A stretch of DNA of 36,917 nt from positions 1-36,917 of the forward strand of contig JAJRYN010000097.1 of NCBI GenBank assembly GCA_024275755.1. The letters run 5' to 3'. Position 1 is the first letter of the stretch. The number at the start of each line of letters is the position of its first letter. The translations under genes were made by a program, and so were the position numbers. The stretch is from an archaeon (GTDB lineage: Archaea; Thermoplasmatota; E2; UBA202; JdFR-43). The notes below the pieces were generated by a model. The model saw nothing but the letters and a program-made list of their open reading frames with translations, was not told where the DNA came from and did not search any database. Of this stretch, positions 1 through 10,100 are shown in pieces.

Positions 1-911
1 GAGGTTTGGGAAACAAATTTCTGGATGATTTGAGACAGGCATCATGCTTGATACATATTGTGGATGTATCTGGCTCTACCGATGAGGAAGGCAGGCCGTG
101 CAGCATTGGCAGCCATGACCCAGCAAATGACATAAAATTCCTTGAGGAAGAAATTGATTACTGGATTAAGGGACTGCTTGAAAAGGACTGGCGACGTATT
201 AGCACAAAATGTAAGCTGGAAGGAACGAAAATTGAAAAGATGCTTGCAGAAAAGCTAACTGGACTTGGTATAAAGGAGGAGGAGATAAGAGCAGCTATAA
301 GAAAAACATCTCTTCCAGAAGATGCAACGCTGTGGAAAGATGATGACTTACTCAAATTTGCAACACAGGTAAGGCAGGAATCAAAGCCTATTTTACTCGC
401 ATTGAATAAAGCAGATAAGGCTCCAGAAGAAATGGTGAAAAAATTTGCAGGAGAATATGCCATTCCAACCTCTGCCATGGCCGAGCTCGCTCTGGTTAAG
501 GCAGCAGAACATGGCTATATAGAATATAAGCCGGGAGATTCAGCATTTAGAGTTATTAAGGATATGGATGAAAAGCAGAAGAAAGGCCTTGAATATATAA
601 AAACCCATGTAATGGATAGATTTGGCTCAACAGGGGTGCAGCAGTGTATTGATAAAGCTGTTTTTGATTTGCTCAACCTGATAGCTGTATATCCAGTAGA
701 GGATGAACATAAACTCTGTGATAAAGACGGAAATGTGCTTCCAGATGTATTTTTACTGCCTCATGGTTCAACTGTCATTGATTTGGCTTATAAAGTTCAC
801 AGCGATTTGGCAGAGGGTTTTATAAAAGCTGTCGATGTAAGAACAAAGAAAATAGTTGGTGCAGACTATAAATTGAATAATGGCGACATCATCCATATTA
901 TTGCAAGATAA
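1..911 (+). CDS. Obg-family P-loop NTPase (YchF/DRG-like) with C-terminal TGS domain; 5' end outside the window
   Basis: The frame is open from the window edge (codons from nt 3 read G-L-GNKFLDDLR, an Obg/YchF-type motif). It has an NKAD G4 box and a C-terminal TGS-like segment GSTVIDLAYKVHSDLAEGF...GDIIHIIAR. Stop TAA at 909-911. Confidence 0.8.
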   Translation, partial: GLGNKFLDDLRQASCLIHIVDVSGSTDEEGRPCSIGSHDPANDIKFLEEEIDYWIKGLLEKDWRRISTKCKLEGTKIEKMLAEKLTGLGIKEEEIRAAIRKTSLPEDATLWKDDDLLKFATQVRQESKPILLALNKADKAPEEMVKKFAGEYAIPTSAMAELALVKAAEHGYIEYKPGDSAFRVIKDMDEKQKKGLEYIKTHVMDRFGSTGVQQCIDKAVFDLLNLIAVYPVEDEHKLCDKDGNVLPDVFLLPHGSTVIDLAYKVHSDLAEGFIKAVDVRTKKIVGADYKLNNGDIIHIIAR

Positions 912-912
912 T

Positions 913-2583
913 TCATTTCTTCTTTAATTCTATAATCACAATTGTTCCCCTCGGCTTATTATCTTCAATGTGTATAGAGCCGCCATATCTTTCAATAATT
1001 TTTCTTACAATGTATAACCCCAAGCCCGTTCCCTTTGTCTCTCCATAACTGAAACGTTCCTCGAATACATGCTCTTTTATTTCATCAGGTATTCCTTTTC
1101 CATAATCTGCAATATGTATTCTGCAGATATTGTCCTCGCTTTCTATTTTCACATCTATTTTGTCTGTTTTTCCGTGGGTAATGGCATTTTTTATAACATT
1201 CTCTATAACAGAGTATATTGCATCATCAGCCATTACAATTCCATCCCCTTTTATATTAAAATCTAAGTGATAATTTTTGAGGATATTTTCTATAATCTCC
1301 CTTATATTATATTCCTTTAACTCTTTGCCAGATGCCAGCAACGCCTCCAAATCCTTCATGCGATGTATCATCTGAATGCTCTTTTCTACTCTTTTAATCG
1401 CTTTGTCCAAGGGATGTTCATCCTTCTCTTCTAGATATAGCTCCAGAGAACCCTGGATGATTTGCAAATCAGTAAGGATATCGTGTCGCATGATTTTGTT
1501 TATCAGTTGCAACTCCTCATTAAGTTGTTTTATTTCTTCCTCATATTTTTTGTGCTTGGTTATGTCCCGCAATATAATTAAACGTCCTGCCAAATAACCC
1601 AGTCTATCATGTATTGGGGAGATGTATATGTTATAATAACGCTGTTTGCCTCCTTTATAGAGACAAATTTCTTTATCTTTTACATTCAGATTCTGCAGGC
1701 ATTTGAGCAATTCTTTTTGCGTCGATAAAACTTTTCCTACTGGCTGTGCAATTATCTCGGCCAGAGGATGCTCTATAATCCTTTCTGCAGCAGGATTCAC
1801 ATCGACAATTCTATTTTGCATATCCAGCACAATAACGCCTTCTTCCATATTTTCAATAAGGATATCCCTTGCAATGGGCACAATGTCCAGAAATCTAAAG
1901 CGCAATACTGCCCAAGCAGCAGATAAACCACTTATGAAGAGAGTAAAGGGAGTTAGATCAATGGGAGGAAATGGATTAAAACCAAATATATACAGCATGT
2001 TTCCAATCCAAGGAACTATTGCACCTATTAGCAAGATAGCAATTTGTTTTCTATATAGCAATGAAAAATGAATAAGAGCATAACTCAGCAAAAGTATCGC
2101 AATTAAAAGTAGAGAGTAAGAATATGCAACATTTATCCAAAATCCTATGCCATGTGTCACACTCAATACAGAAAATGCGTCACCTGTTTCTATTCCAATA
2201 TTTTCCCAAACAAGATGATGAAATTCATTTGTCCAAACCAGAAATAAAATCAGAAGAGGCTCAATAGATAATAAAACGTAACAGCGGCGATTAAGCCATT
2301 TTTCCTTTCCAGTGTATTGCAAAGTCAAAATAAGCCATGCTGTTGGAGTAGCTACAATACCGAAATACTGGAACTTTGCCCAGAATATTTTTGCAGATAG
2401 CTCTGCACTTGCTATCTCCATTGCATAGCCGAATGTCCACATTGCTATACCAGCCATGAGCAAAACAAAAGGTAGTATGCCAGCGGAGGGGCGGCTCCGC
2501 CATGCAAAAATTGCGAGTGAAACTGATACAACCACTACTGCGGCAAGAGGGAGGAGATACGGTGTAAATTGCCAGTGCATCAT
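913..2583 (-). CDS. Sensor histidine kinase: N-terminal ~7-TM module, PAS, DHp, HATPase_c
   Basis: 556-aa ORF with about seven hydrophobic helices in the first ~230 aa. PAS-like MEEGVIVLDMQNRIVDVNPAAERI; H-box KIMRHDILTDLQII. ATPase boxes VIENVIKNAITHG, IADYGKGIP and GTGLGLYIVRKI. Confidence 0.85.
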   Translation of the reverse strand: MMHWQFTPYLLPLAAVVVVSVSLAIFAWRSRPSAGILPFVLLMAGIAMWTFGYAMEIASAELSAKIFWAKFQYFGIVATPTAWLILTLQYTGKEKWLNRRCYVLLSIEPLLILFLVWTNEFHHLVWENIGIETGDAFSVLSVTHGIGFWINVAYSYSLLLIAILLLSYALIHFSLLYRKQIAILLIGAIVPWIGNMLYIFGFNPFPPIDLTPFTLFISGLSAAWAVLRFRFLDIVPIARDILIENMEEGVIVLDMQNRIVDVNPAAERIIEHPLAEIIAQPVGKVLSTQKELLKCLQNLNVKDKEICLYKGGKQRYYNIYISPIHDRLGYLAGRLIILRDITKHKKYEEEIKQLNEELQLINKIMRHDILTDLQIIQGSLELYLEEKDEHPLDKAIKRVEKSIQMIHRMKDLEALLASGKELKEYNIREIIENILKNYHLDFNIKGDGIVMADDAIYSVIENVIKNAITHGKTDKIDVKIESEDNICRIHIADYGKGIPDEIKEHVFEERFSYGETKGTGLGLYIVRKIIERYGGSIHIEDNKPRGTIVIIELKKK

Positions 2584-2643
2584 GATTTAATTGATTTTTG
2601 ATATTAAGATTTTCGGAAATTTCTGCTGGATATTAAGGTAAAG

Positions 2644-2653
2644 ATATATAAAA
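2644..2653 (+). promoter_or_regulatory. TATA-like box for the Sm-like gene (probably leaderless transcript)
   Basis: ATATATAAAA is centred ~25 nt upstream of ATG 2673, with no Shine-Dalgarno in between. The same spacing recurs at other operon-first genes in this window. Confidence 0.35.
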
Positions 2654-2672
2654 TAGAAGTATATTCCTTTTT

Positions 2673-2888
2673 ATGGTATTGCCCATTGATTTGCTAGAAG
2701 TCAGTTTAAATAGAGATATTTCTTTGCTGCTCAAAGACGGCAGGATATTAAATGGGAAACTGATTGGCTATGATCAGTATATGAACCTGGTTTTAGATGA
2801 TGCAAGAGAAGAAAAGGAAGGGGGAGAAAAAAGATTGGGCAGAGTTGTTGTAAGAGGTAGTAATGTTGTGAGCATAGCCATTGTCTGA
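2673..2888 (+). CDS. Sm-like (LSm) archaeal RNA-binding protein
   Basis: 71-aa ORF with Sm1/Sm2 signatures LLLKDGRILNGKLIGYDQYMNLVLDDA ... RLGRVVVRGSNVVSI. Confidence 0.9.
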   Translation: MVLPIDLLEVSLNRDISLLLKDGRILNGKLIGYDQYMNLVLDDAREEKEGGEKRLGRVVVRGSNVVSIAIV

Positions 2889-2926
2889 TAAATAAGTTTT
2901 TAAGTTTATTTACAATTATCTTTAAA

Positions 2927-3676
2927 ATGAAGGATATTAAGTCAGGAAGAAATTTATTGCTTCTATTCATGGCAGTAATTATAATTATAATTGTCATAAT
3001 AGCTGCTCCTTTTGTATATCAGAATTACAAAAAGGTTCTGAATCCAGTACATGATAAAGACGGAGATGGTGTGCCTGATAATGAAGATGCTTTTCCTAAT
3101 GATCCAAAAGAATGGAGAGATAGCGATGGGGATGGCATAGGAGACAATGCAGATAATGATGATGATAATGATGGCATTTTGGATAGCCAAGATTATCTGC
3201 CATATAATGATGGTGCAATAAAGGTAGAGATTTACAAGATAAGGGTAAAAGATTATTTGGTTCTGAATCAACAGATAGCAAAAATATACGCTAAAATATA
3301 TATCGATGACGTAATGTATGTTTTGCCAGAGGAAGGTGTAAAAGAAATTCCCATTGATGAAGATGTTACTGTAAACTGGAGTGTAAAACAAAATGTGGAT
3401 GATAGTATCGGCTATCACACAATAAAAATCGAGTTATATTACAAGGATATTCTCAACAGAGACAAACCCCTTGACATAAATGGAGAGGATGCTGATAAAG
3501 AAACAGGAAAGGCACTGACCATAAACTATTATATAGGAAACAAAGTAGGCCATCAGTATCCGGAGGGAGGGACATATAAGGTTTCTGACGGAAGCGAAGA
3601 TGGTAACAGCGGATTGTTTAATGAAAAGGATGCAAGAATTTATTTTAGAATTGTAACAGTTGATGCAAAAGCCTGA
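2927..3676 (+). CDS. Membrane-anchored protein with thrombospondin type-3-like Ca-binding Asp repeats and an uncharacterised C-terminal domain
   Basis: N-terminal signal anchor LLLLFMAVIIIIIVIIAAPFVY. DxDxDGxxDxxD-type repeats DKDGDGVPDNEDAFPNDP and DSDGDGIGDNADNDDDNDGILDSQD. The remaining ~170 aa has no motif I recognise. Confidence 0.65.
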   Translation: MKDIKSGRNLLLLFMAVIIIIIVIIAAPFVYQNYKKVLNPVHDKDGDGVPDNEDAFPNDPKEWRDSDGDGIGDNADNDDDNDGILDSQDYLPYNDGAIKVEIYKIRVKDYLVLNQQIAKIYAKIYIDDVMYVLPEEGVKEIPIDEDVTVNWSVKQNVDDSIGYHTIKIELYYKDILNRDKPLDINGEDADKETGKALTINYYIGNKVGHQYPEGGTYKVSDGSEDGNSGLFNEKDARIYFRIVTVDAKA

Positions 3677-5098
3677 TTATTTTACAAGCTTTGCCAACGC
3701 TCTTATCATTTCTTTTTCTCTTTTACTAAACCCAAATTTTTGCCATTCTACCTTTTTCGGTTTCTTCTTTTTCTTGAAGATATCTATAACATTTCCATCA
3801 GTATATGATGGTAATGGCAAATTCATTGAATGCAAAACAGTAGGCATAACATCCATTACGCTTGCATTTCTATCCCATTCCTTAATTTCCTTTCCATAAG
3901 CCATGAAAATGCCGTACTTTGAATGCTCTCCTTTGAAGTGGAATTTACCTGGCTTTTCCAGCACCTTTCCAAAATTCAACAGATCCATTATTGCATATCC
4001 TTCTTTCAGTTCAGCCACCAGATAACTTATGCCATCTTTGCCATACATTTCATGCAGCTTCATTATCATCTTGCCATCATCCTCAAAAGAATTAATTAAC
4101 CCAATGATATCTTCTTTAATTTCTTTCTTGCATATTATTGCCCTCGAGCTGGAAGAGAGACAAAATGCCGCTGATTTTTCAAAATCTATCATCTTTTCCT
4201 TAAAAGCAATTGAAAACAACAATTTACGCATGAAGGGAAGGTGGGTGAAGTTTTTGGGCATATGATAGAGAAGTCTGGTAAGCATTTTTCCTATTATGAG
4301 CGATGATGGCTTTTTATTTGCAACAACATATCCTTTTTCATAAAGTAAATTGTTCAAAAAAATGTTCTTTTTTATGCCATAAAAGCCATGATCAGATACA
4401 ATAAAATAATTGGCTCTGAATTTTTCTGTTATTTTTCCTATCTCTTCATCAACTTTTTTATATACTTCAAACACCTCTTCTTTATCCCATAAAAAATGCT
4501 GCACCAAATCTGTAGCCCTATAAACAATCATGCCAAAATCCCAGTCAAAATTCTTCATTAATTTTATGGCTGCTTTTGTTCTACTCTCTATCCATTCATA
4601 AAGTATTTTTTTAACCTTCTCTGGATTATAATATGCTGCCATTCTTATTGGCAAATCATCCACAATCAAATGTTCCATTTTGTAGTCGGCAAGCATCTTT
4701 TTTATTTCCTTGGGCTCAACAAAATTCTCATTTGGGGGCGTTAATAAGCCCGAGATGATAACGCCGTTCACTCTCTCTGGAGGATATGTAACAGGCACAT
4801 TTATCACTATACTTCTTTTTCCTATATCACTGAGTAAATTCCAGATTGCCGGCATGCGGCGATGACGGGATGAAACAACCTTTACGCCATTATCAAAATA
4901 AAAGAAATCATATATGCCATGCTTTTCTGGCGTCACACCTGTAACAATGCTTGTCCAAGCAGGAGCAGAAGATGGGGGCAGCGTGGAAGCAAGCTTACCG
5001 TAACATGAATAAAATTGCTGTAATGTCGGCAGTTCATCAATCCATTTTTCAATGAACTTTGGTTCAGCGCCATCTATGCCTATTACAATGCCCCTCAT
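3677..5098 (-). CDS. Type I phosphodiesterase / nucleotide pyrophosphatase family protein (alkaline-phosphatase superfamily)
   Basis: 473-aa ORF. GIDGAEP and PPSSAPAWTSIVTGVTPEKHGI match the NPP nucleophile region (compare [22 protein letters not shown]). A later FIVSDHGF matches the metal-site SDHG motif. Confidence 0.8.
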   Translation of the reverse strand: MRGIVIGIDGAEPKFIEKWIDELPTLQQFYSCYGKLASTLPPSSAPAWTSIVTGVTPEKHGIYDFFYFDNGVKVVSSRHRRMPAIWNLLSDIGKRSIVINVPVTYPPERVNGVIISGLLTPPNENFVEPKEIKKMLADYKMEHLIVDDLPIRMAAYYNPEKVKKILYEWIESRTKAAIKLMKNFDWDFGMIVYRATDLVQHFLWDKEEVFEVYKKVDEEIGKITEKFRANYFIVSDHGFYGIKKNIFLNNLLYEKGYVVANKKPSSLIIGKMLTRLLYHMPKNFTHLPFMRKLLFSIAFKEKMIDFEKSAAFCLSSSSRAIICKKEIKEDIIGLINSFEDDGKMIMKLHEMYGKDGISYLVAELKEGYAIMDLLNFGKVLEKPGKFHFKGEHSKYGIFMAYGKEIKEWDRNASVMDVMPTVLHSMNLPLPSYTDGNVIDIFKKKKKPKKVEWQKFGFSKREKEMIRALAKLVK

Positions 5099-5343
5099 TC
5101 TATTTTGTATACTTTATCTCCTTCTCTTACCCTGTCAATCACCTTTACGCCTATTTCATCTCCGGGTTTTGCCTCCTCTATTTTCTGCCTGTTTATCTCC
5201 ATTGATTCAACAATTTGCTCGAAATCTGTTGTTGCTCCTCTAATACGAATTTTATCCCCAACTTTTAGACTGCCATTTGTAATTTTTATTGCTGCTACCC
5301 CTATTTTCGAAAAATAATGTTCAACATATCCTATTTCCTCCAT
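5095..5343 (-). CDS. Small EF-Tu domain-2-like beta-barrel protein ('translation elongation factor-like')
   Basis: MEEIGYVEHYFSKIGVAAIKITNGSLKVGDKIRIRG...PGDEIGVKVIDRVREGDKVYKIE resembles a stand-alone GTP_EFTU_D2 barrel. The stop overlaps the downstream ATG (ATGA at 5095-5098). The ORF is open up to ATG 5415, adding 24 hydrophobic residues, so the start is uncertain. Confidence 0.55.
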   Translation of the reverse strand: MEEIGYVEHYFSKIGVAAIKITNGSLKVGDKIRIRGATTDFEQIVESMEINRQKIEEAKPGDEIGVKVIDRVREGDKVYKIE

Positions 5344-5447
5344 GATAGTAATATTAAAAGCATTATTTATGAATTTGGAAATGAGCATCGTAATTAATAG
5401 CAGCCTTATGTTCATTTTTCTCTAATCTCACCAGACAAAAGATGTAA

Positions 5448-5455
5448 TTTATATA
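5448..5455 (+). promoter_or_regulatory. TATA-like box for the SBP-histidine kinase gene
   Basis: TTTATATA is centred ~25 nt upstream of ATG 5476, with no SD. Confidence 0.35.
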
Positions 5456-5475
5456 GGATTTGTTTTTTAACAATA

Positions 5476-7053
5476 ATGAAGAGAGTCGTCACGATTCTTA
5501 TCTTCCTTCTTTTTCCCTTTTTAATTCAGAATTGCATGGCTGAGGTTATTGTAGCTGGAATTGACGAAAATTATCCTCCTCATGAATTTGTTGAGGATGG
5601 AGAAGTAAAAGGATTTAATGTTGATGTGATGGAGGCGATTGCTCTGGAAATGGACAGAGAAATTATATTTAAACCAATGGTATGGCATAAAGCTATGGAA
5701 GCATTAAAAAACGGGAGTATTGACATACTTTGCATGGCAGCTTATGAAGAAAGAAAACAATATTTTGATTTTAGCGAACCCATTCTTGATTTAAAACTAG
5801 CGATTTTTGTGAAGGAGGAAGTAACAGGAATAACAAATATAGAAGATTTAGCAGGACATAGCGTGGCTGTTCAAAAAGGAGATATAGCAGAAGAAATTCT
5901 GCAGGAAAGAAATATCAATGCATATATAGTTGAAACGGGTAGTCAGGATGATGCTCTAAAACTTGTTGCAAACGGAGACGTAACTGCATTCCTCGGAAAT
6001 TATTATACAGGCGTATATCTCATTCACGAGCATGATTATAGAAATATAAAGGTAATCGGAGAAATGTTAACCATAGGGCAACGTGTTATTGCAGTGAAAA
6101 AGGGAAATGATGAACTGCTGGCAGATATAAATGCTGCTATAAATGCTATAAAGGCTTCTGGAGAATATGATAGGATATATGAAAAGTGGTATGGTATGCC
6201 TGTTTATGTTGAAAAGAGATTGCCTCAATGGATAGTGTATTCCATTCTTGGCTTGTTTGGCTTAATAGGAATTGTTTTCATCATGCTGAGCTTATGGAAC
6301 AGAACACTGGCAAGGAGGGTTGCTGAAAGAACTGCTGAATTGCAGGAGTATAAAGATAATCTCGAAGAAAAGGTAAGAGATAAAACAACAGAAGTGAAAG
6401 CATTGACATATGCTCTCGCCCACGATTTAAAAGCTCCGTTGAGGAGTATACAATCTTTTACTTTTATTCTCTCAAATGAATATGTCGATATTCTGGATGA
6501 GGAGGGGAAAGATGCTCTGAAAAGAATAGTTTCAGCGACAAAAAGAATGGAGATATTAATAAATGATTTGCTGGAATATGGAAGAATTGAAAGAAAAGAC
6601 GTGGAAAAGACGAATATTGACATGAATGAGCTGGTTGAAGAAATTATAAAAGAAATGGAGGAGTTAGTCAGGGAGAAAGACGCTGAAATAAAAATTTCGG
6701 AGTTACCATGCATAAAATCAGATTATGAAATTTTGAAAAGAATAATGACGAATTTAATTCATAATGCTGTTAAATTTGTGGAGAAAGAAAGAAGGCCGAT
6801 GGTCAGAATATACAGCAAAGGAAATGACGCGGTCAAAATATTTGTGGAAGATAATGGTATAGGAATTCCAGAGGAGTATCAGCAAAAAATTTTTGAGTTA
6901 TTTGAAAGGTTGCATGGAAGAGAAGAGTATGAGGGTACTGGCATTGGTTTAGCCATGGTTAAAAAAGGAGTGGAAAAATTGGGAGGAAAAGTTGGTGTAA
7001 AATCTGTGCCAAATAAAGGCAGTATTTTCTGGATTGAGTTGCCAAGAATATGA
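5476..7053 (+). CDS. Sensor histidine kinase with extracellular family-3 solute-binding (amino-acid-binding-like) domain
   Basis: Signal peptide, then an SBP_bac_3-like region (VAGIDENYPPHEF...KGFNVDVMEAIA...IDILCMAA...YDRIYEKWYG). One TM helix IVYSILGLFGLIGIVFIMLSL. HisKA H-box LAHDLKAPLRSI; HATPase boxes LIHNAVKF, EDNGIGIP and GTGIGLAMVKK. Confidence 0.85.
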   Translation: MKRVVTILIFLLFPFLIQNCMAEVIVAGIDENYPPHEFVEDGEVKGFNVDVMEAIALEMDREIIFKPMVWHKAMEALKNGSIDILCMAAYEERKQYFDFSEPILDLKLAIFVKEEVTGITNIEDLAGHSVAVQKGDIAEEILQERNINAYIVETGSQDDALKLVANGDVTAFLGNYYTGVYLIHEHDYRNIKVIGEMLTIGQRVIAVKKGNDELLADINAAINAIKASGEYDRIYEKWYGMPVYVEKRLPQWIVYSILGLFGLIGIVFIMLSLWNRTLARRVAERTAELQEYKDNLEEKVRDKTTEVKALTYALAHDLKAPLRSIQSFTFILSNEYVDILDEEGKDALKRIVSATKRMEILINDLLEYGRIERKDVEKTNIDMNELVEEIIKEMEELVREKDAEIKISELPCIKSDYEILKRIMTNLIHNAVKFVEKERRPMVRIYSKGNDAVKIFVEDNGIGIPEEYQQKIFELFERLHGREEYEGTGIGLAMVKKGVEKLGGKVGVKSVPNKGSIFWIELPRI

Positions 7054-7106
7054 AAGAAGCAACTCGCATTGCTTGATAGACACAGTCAATTGTCAATTGT
7101 GAAAAA

Positions 7107-7114
7107 TTTAAATA
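7107..7114 (+). promoter_or_regulatory. TATA-like box for the REC/PAS/GAF gene
   Basis: TTTAAATA lies ~27 nt upstream of ATG 7139 and is preceded by the tandem GTCAATT repeat at 7085-7098. Confidence 0.3.
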
Positions 7115-7138
7115 GAACCTCTATTATATTTGTATATT

Positions 7139-10100
7139 ATGATGTTCCTTATTATTGATGATGAACCTGATGATAGAAAACTAGCCATAAGGTATTTAAA
7201 AAAGGAATTTCCTGATGCAGAATTTATTGAAATTTTTACCCAAAAACAATTTTATGATGCGCTTGAGGAAAAAAATTTTGATTTTGTTATTACTGATTAT
7301 CAGTTACACTGGGCAAATGGTATAAAAATTTTGAAGGAAGTAAAGAAAAGAAATCCTTTTCTGCCAGTTATAATGCTCACTGGCACAGGGACAGAAGAAA
7401 TTGCTGTGGAAGCATTAAAAGCTGGCTTAGATGATTATGTCATAAAGACTCCGGAACATTTCATGAAGTTGCCAGCAGCAGTAAAAGTTGCAATAGAAAA
7501 AGCGAAAATAAATCAACAGGAAAAAATGCTTGCCTCAATTGTGGAAAATGCAAAGGAGGCGGTTATAAGTGTGGACGAAAACGGAAACATAATATATGCT
7601 AACAAAGCAATCGAAGAAATTTTTGGATGGAAAAAGGAAGAAATTATAGGTAAGCCAGCATCGATTTTTGCCATCGATAAAAAAGAGCAGGAAGAACAAC
7701 TTGACGAAGCAATAAAGAAGGGAGGAGGAAAATTTGAGACGGTAAGGAAAGATAAGCATGGGAATGAAATCCCTGTTTTACTCACCATCGTTCCATTTAG
7801 GGATGAAAAAGGTAACCTACTTTTTTCGTCTGAAATAATGAGGGACATTCGAGAATTAAAGGAATATGAAAAAAGAGTAGAACATTTAAATGAGGTTTTA
7901 AGGGCCATAAGAAACGTAAATCAACTTATCACAAAGGAGAAAGGAGTTGATAGATTATTACAGGAAACCTGTAAAACTTTATTTAAAATAAGAGGATATG
8001 AGGCCACATGCATTTCACATAGAGATAACATATATATAGCAGGAAACAAAAAAGATTATGAGGAATTGCTGAAATATATTAAAGAAAAGGAAATAGAAGA
8101 TGAAATAGAAAGAGAAGGTAAAAAATTACTATATCAATTTAAAAATAAATATCTGCTTGCTCTACCCCTAATAAAAAATGGGGTTCAAGGAATTCTATAT
8201 GTTTTGCGTCCAAAAAAATTTGACGAAGAAGAAATCCGTCTCTTAAAAGAAGTTGGTCAAGATATTGCTTTTGCAATTCACTCGATTGAGTTGGAAAAAG
8301 AATTAAGGGAAGAAAGAGAGATGGTAAATGCAATTTTATCGGCTTCTCCAGTTGGAATTGGCTTTTCAATTAACCGCGCTATTGGATGGGCTAATGAAGC
8401 AATGTATAAAATGGTTGGTTATACACCGGAGGAAACTCTTGGAAAAAGTACTAGAATACTGTATGAAAGTGACGAAGAATATGAAAGAGTTGGTAGAGAA
8501 ATAGAAAAGGCATTTAAAAAAGGGAGGATAGCGGAAATAGAGACAAAATGGAAGAGAAAGGACGGAAGTGTTTTTGATTGTTATCTGCGCATATGCCCGA
8601 TAAACCCAGAAAAACCTGAGGAAGGAATCGTGGTTGTAGCAATGGACATAACAGAAAGAAAAAGACTTGAAAAGGAATTAAAAGAAAGCGAGGAAAGATT
8701 TAGACAATTTTTCGAGAATGCACCTGAATATTGTTACATGGTCTCAACCGATGGTAAAATACTCGATGTAAATAAAAGTGCGTTAAAAGCGCTTGGCTAT
8801 AAAAAAGAAGAACTTGTTGGAAAATCTTTATTTGTAATTTATTCACCTTCCTCACGGGAAAAAGCCAAAAAATTGTTCATGAAATGGAAGAAAACAGGAA
8901 GATTGAGAAATGAAGAATTAAAAATAATAACTAAAGATGGGAAAGAGAGAACAGTTTTACTGAGTGCAGATGCGGTGAGAGATGAAAAAGGAAATATTAT
9001 CCATTCTATCTCTATCCAGAGAGACATCACTGAATTGAAAGAGATGGAAGATGCCTTGAGGGAGAGTGAGGAAAAATACCGCACTCTTGCGGACAACGCT
9101 CCAGCGGGTGTTTTTATTGTTTACAATAGGGAAGTAATATATCTAAACAAAAAGGCGGAAGAAATGTTAAGAAGAGAGGAGGATGCTAAACATTTATATG
9201 TCATGTGGAAAAAGGATGGAAAACTGCCAATTGATGCTTTTTTTAACTTATGGAAAAAGGAAAAAAGAGAGAAAATAATGAGTGTCTTCGAAAAAGGCTT
9301 GAAAGGAGGAAAATTGAACACTGCCGAATTAAAAACTTCTGGTAATAGGCATCTTCTATTCTACATAACAGGTATAAAATACAAAGGTGAGGATGCACTG
9401 CTAGGCATTGTCCAAGATATTACAGAGTTAAGAAAAACAGAGGAAAAATTAAGAGAAAGCGAAGAGAAATTTAGGAGCCTAGTTGAAAATGCCGATGATG
9501 CAATTTATATTATTGCCTCTGAAGGATTCGAATATATAAATCCAGCATTTGAAAAACTTACTGGTTACAGTAGGAAAGAGATATTGAGTAAAGATTTCAA
9601 TTTCTGGAATTTGATACATCCAGAAGATATAGAACTTATAAGAAAAAGAAGGAAGGCAAGAATTAAGGGCGAAAAGATAGCTGGGAGATATGAATTTAGA
9701 ATAGTAACAAAAGACGGAAAAATAAAAAATGTAGAATCTTCAACAGTTCCTTTAGAAAAAGGAAGAACCCTTGGGATCATGAGAGACATTACCGAAAGGA
9801 AAAAAGCTGAAGAAATGATAAGAAAATTATCTGATTTGCACTATGTTATAGGCATGAGTATAAACAGGAGTAGCACAATCAAAGAATTGTGTGAAAATAT
9901 ACTGAAGCATATAAGAGAAATAATTGAAATTGATCATACAAATATATTCATTTATGAGGAAGAAAATAACATTTTAAAGCCAATTGCCCACTATGGCTAT
10001 CCTGAAGATTTTGCAAAGAGAGTGATGAAAAGTTATATGGTGGATGAAAAGCAACCATGGGAAGCAGTTAAATCGTTTTTAGAGAAAAAAGAGAGATATG

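Noticed and set aside
1069-2071. Plus-strand ORFs 1069-1266, 1376-1597 and 1703-2071.
   Set aside because: They lie entirely antisense to the well-supported histidine kinase gene. Their Ser/Phe/Ile/Cys-rich low-complexity translations are typical of shadow ORFs opposite Lys/Glu-rich genes.
3100-3190. GAT/AAT-rich near-repeats (gatgatgataatgatgg...) considered as a DNA tandem repeat.
   Set aside because: It is simply the codon-level image of the Asp/Asn-rich Ca-binding repeats of the TSP3-like protein. The period is not exact.
6225-9789. Minus-strand ORFs 6225-6713, 7513-7908, 7535-7759, 8139-8369, 8839-9096, 9121-9321 and 9565-9789.
   Set aside because: They are antisense shadows of the kinase and REC/PAS/GAF genes, with Ser/Phe/Leu-rich sequences and no motifs.
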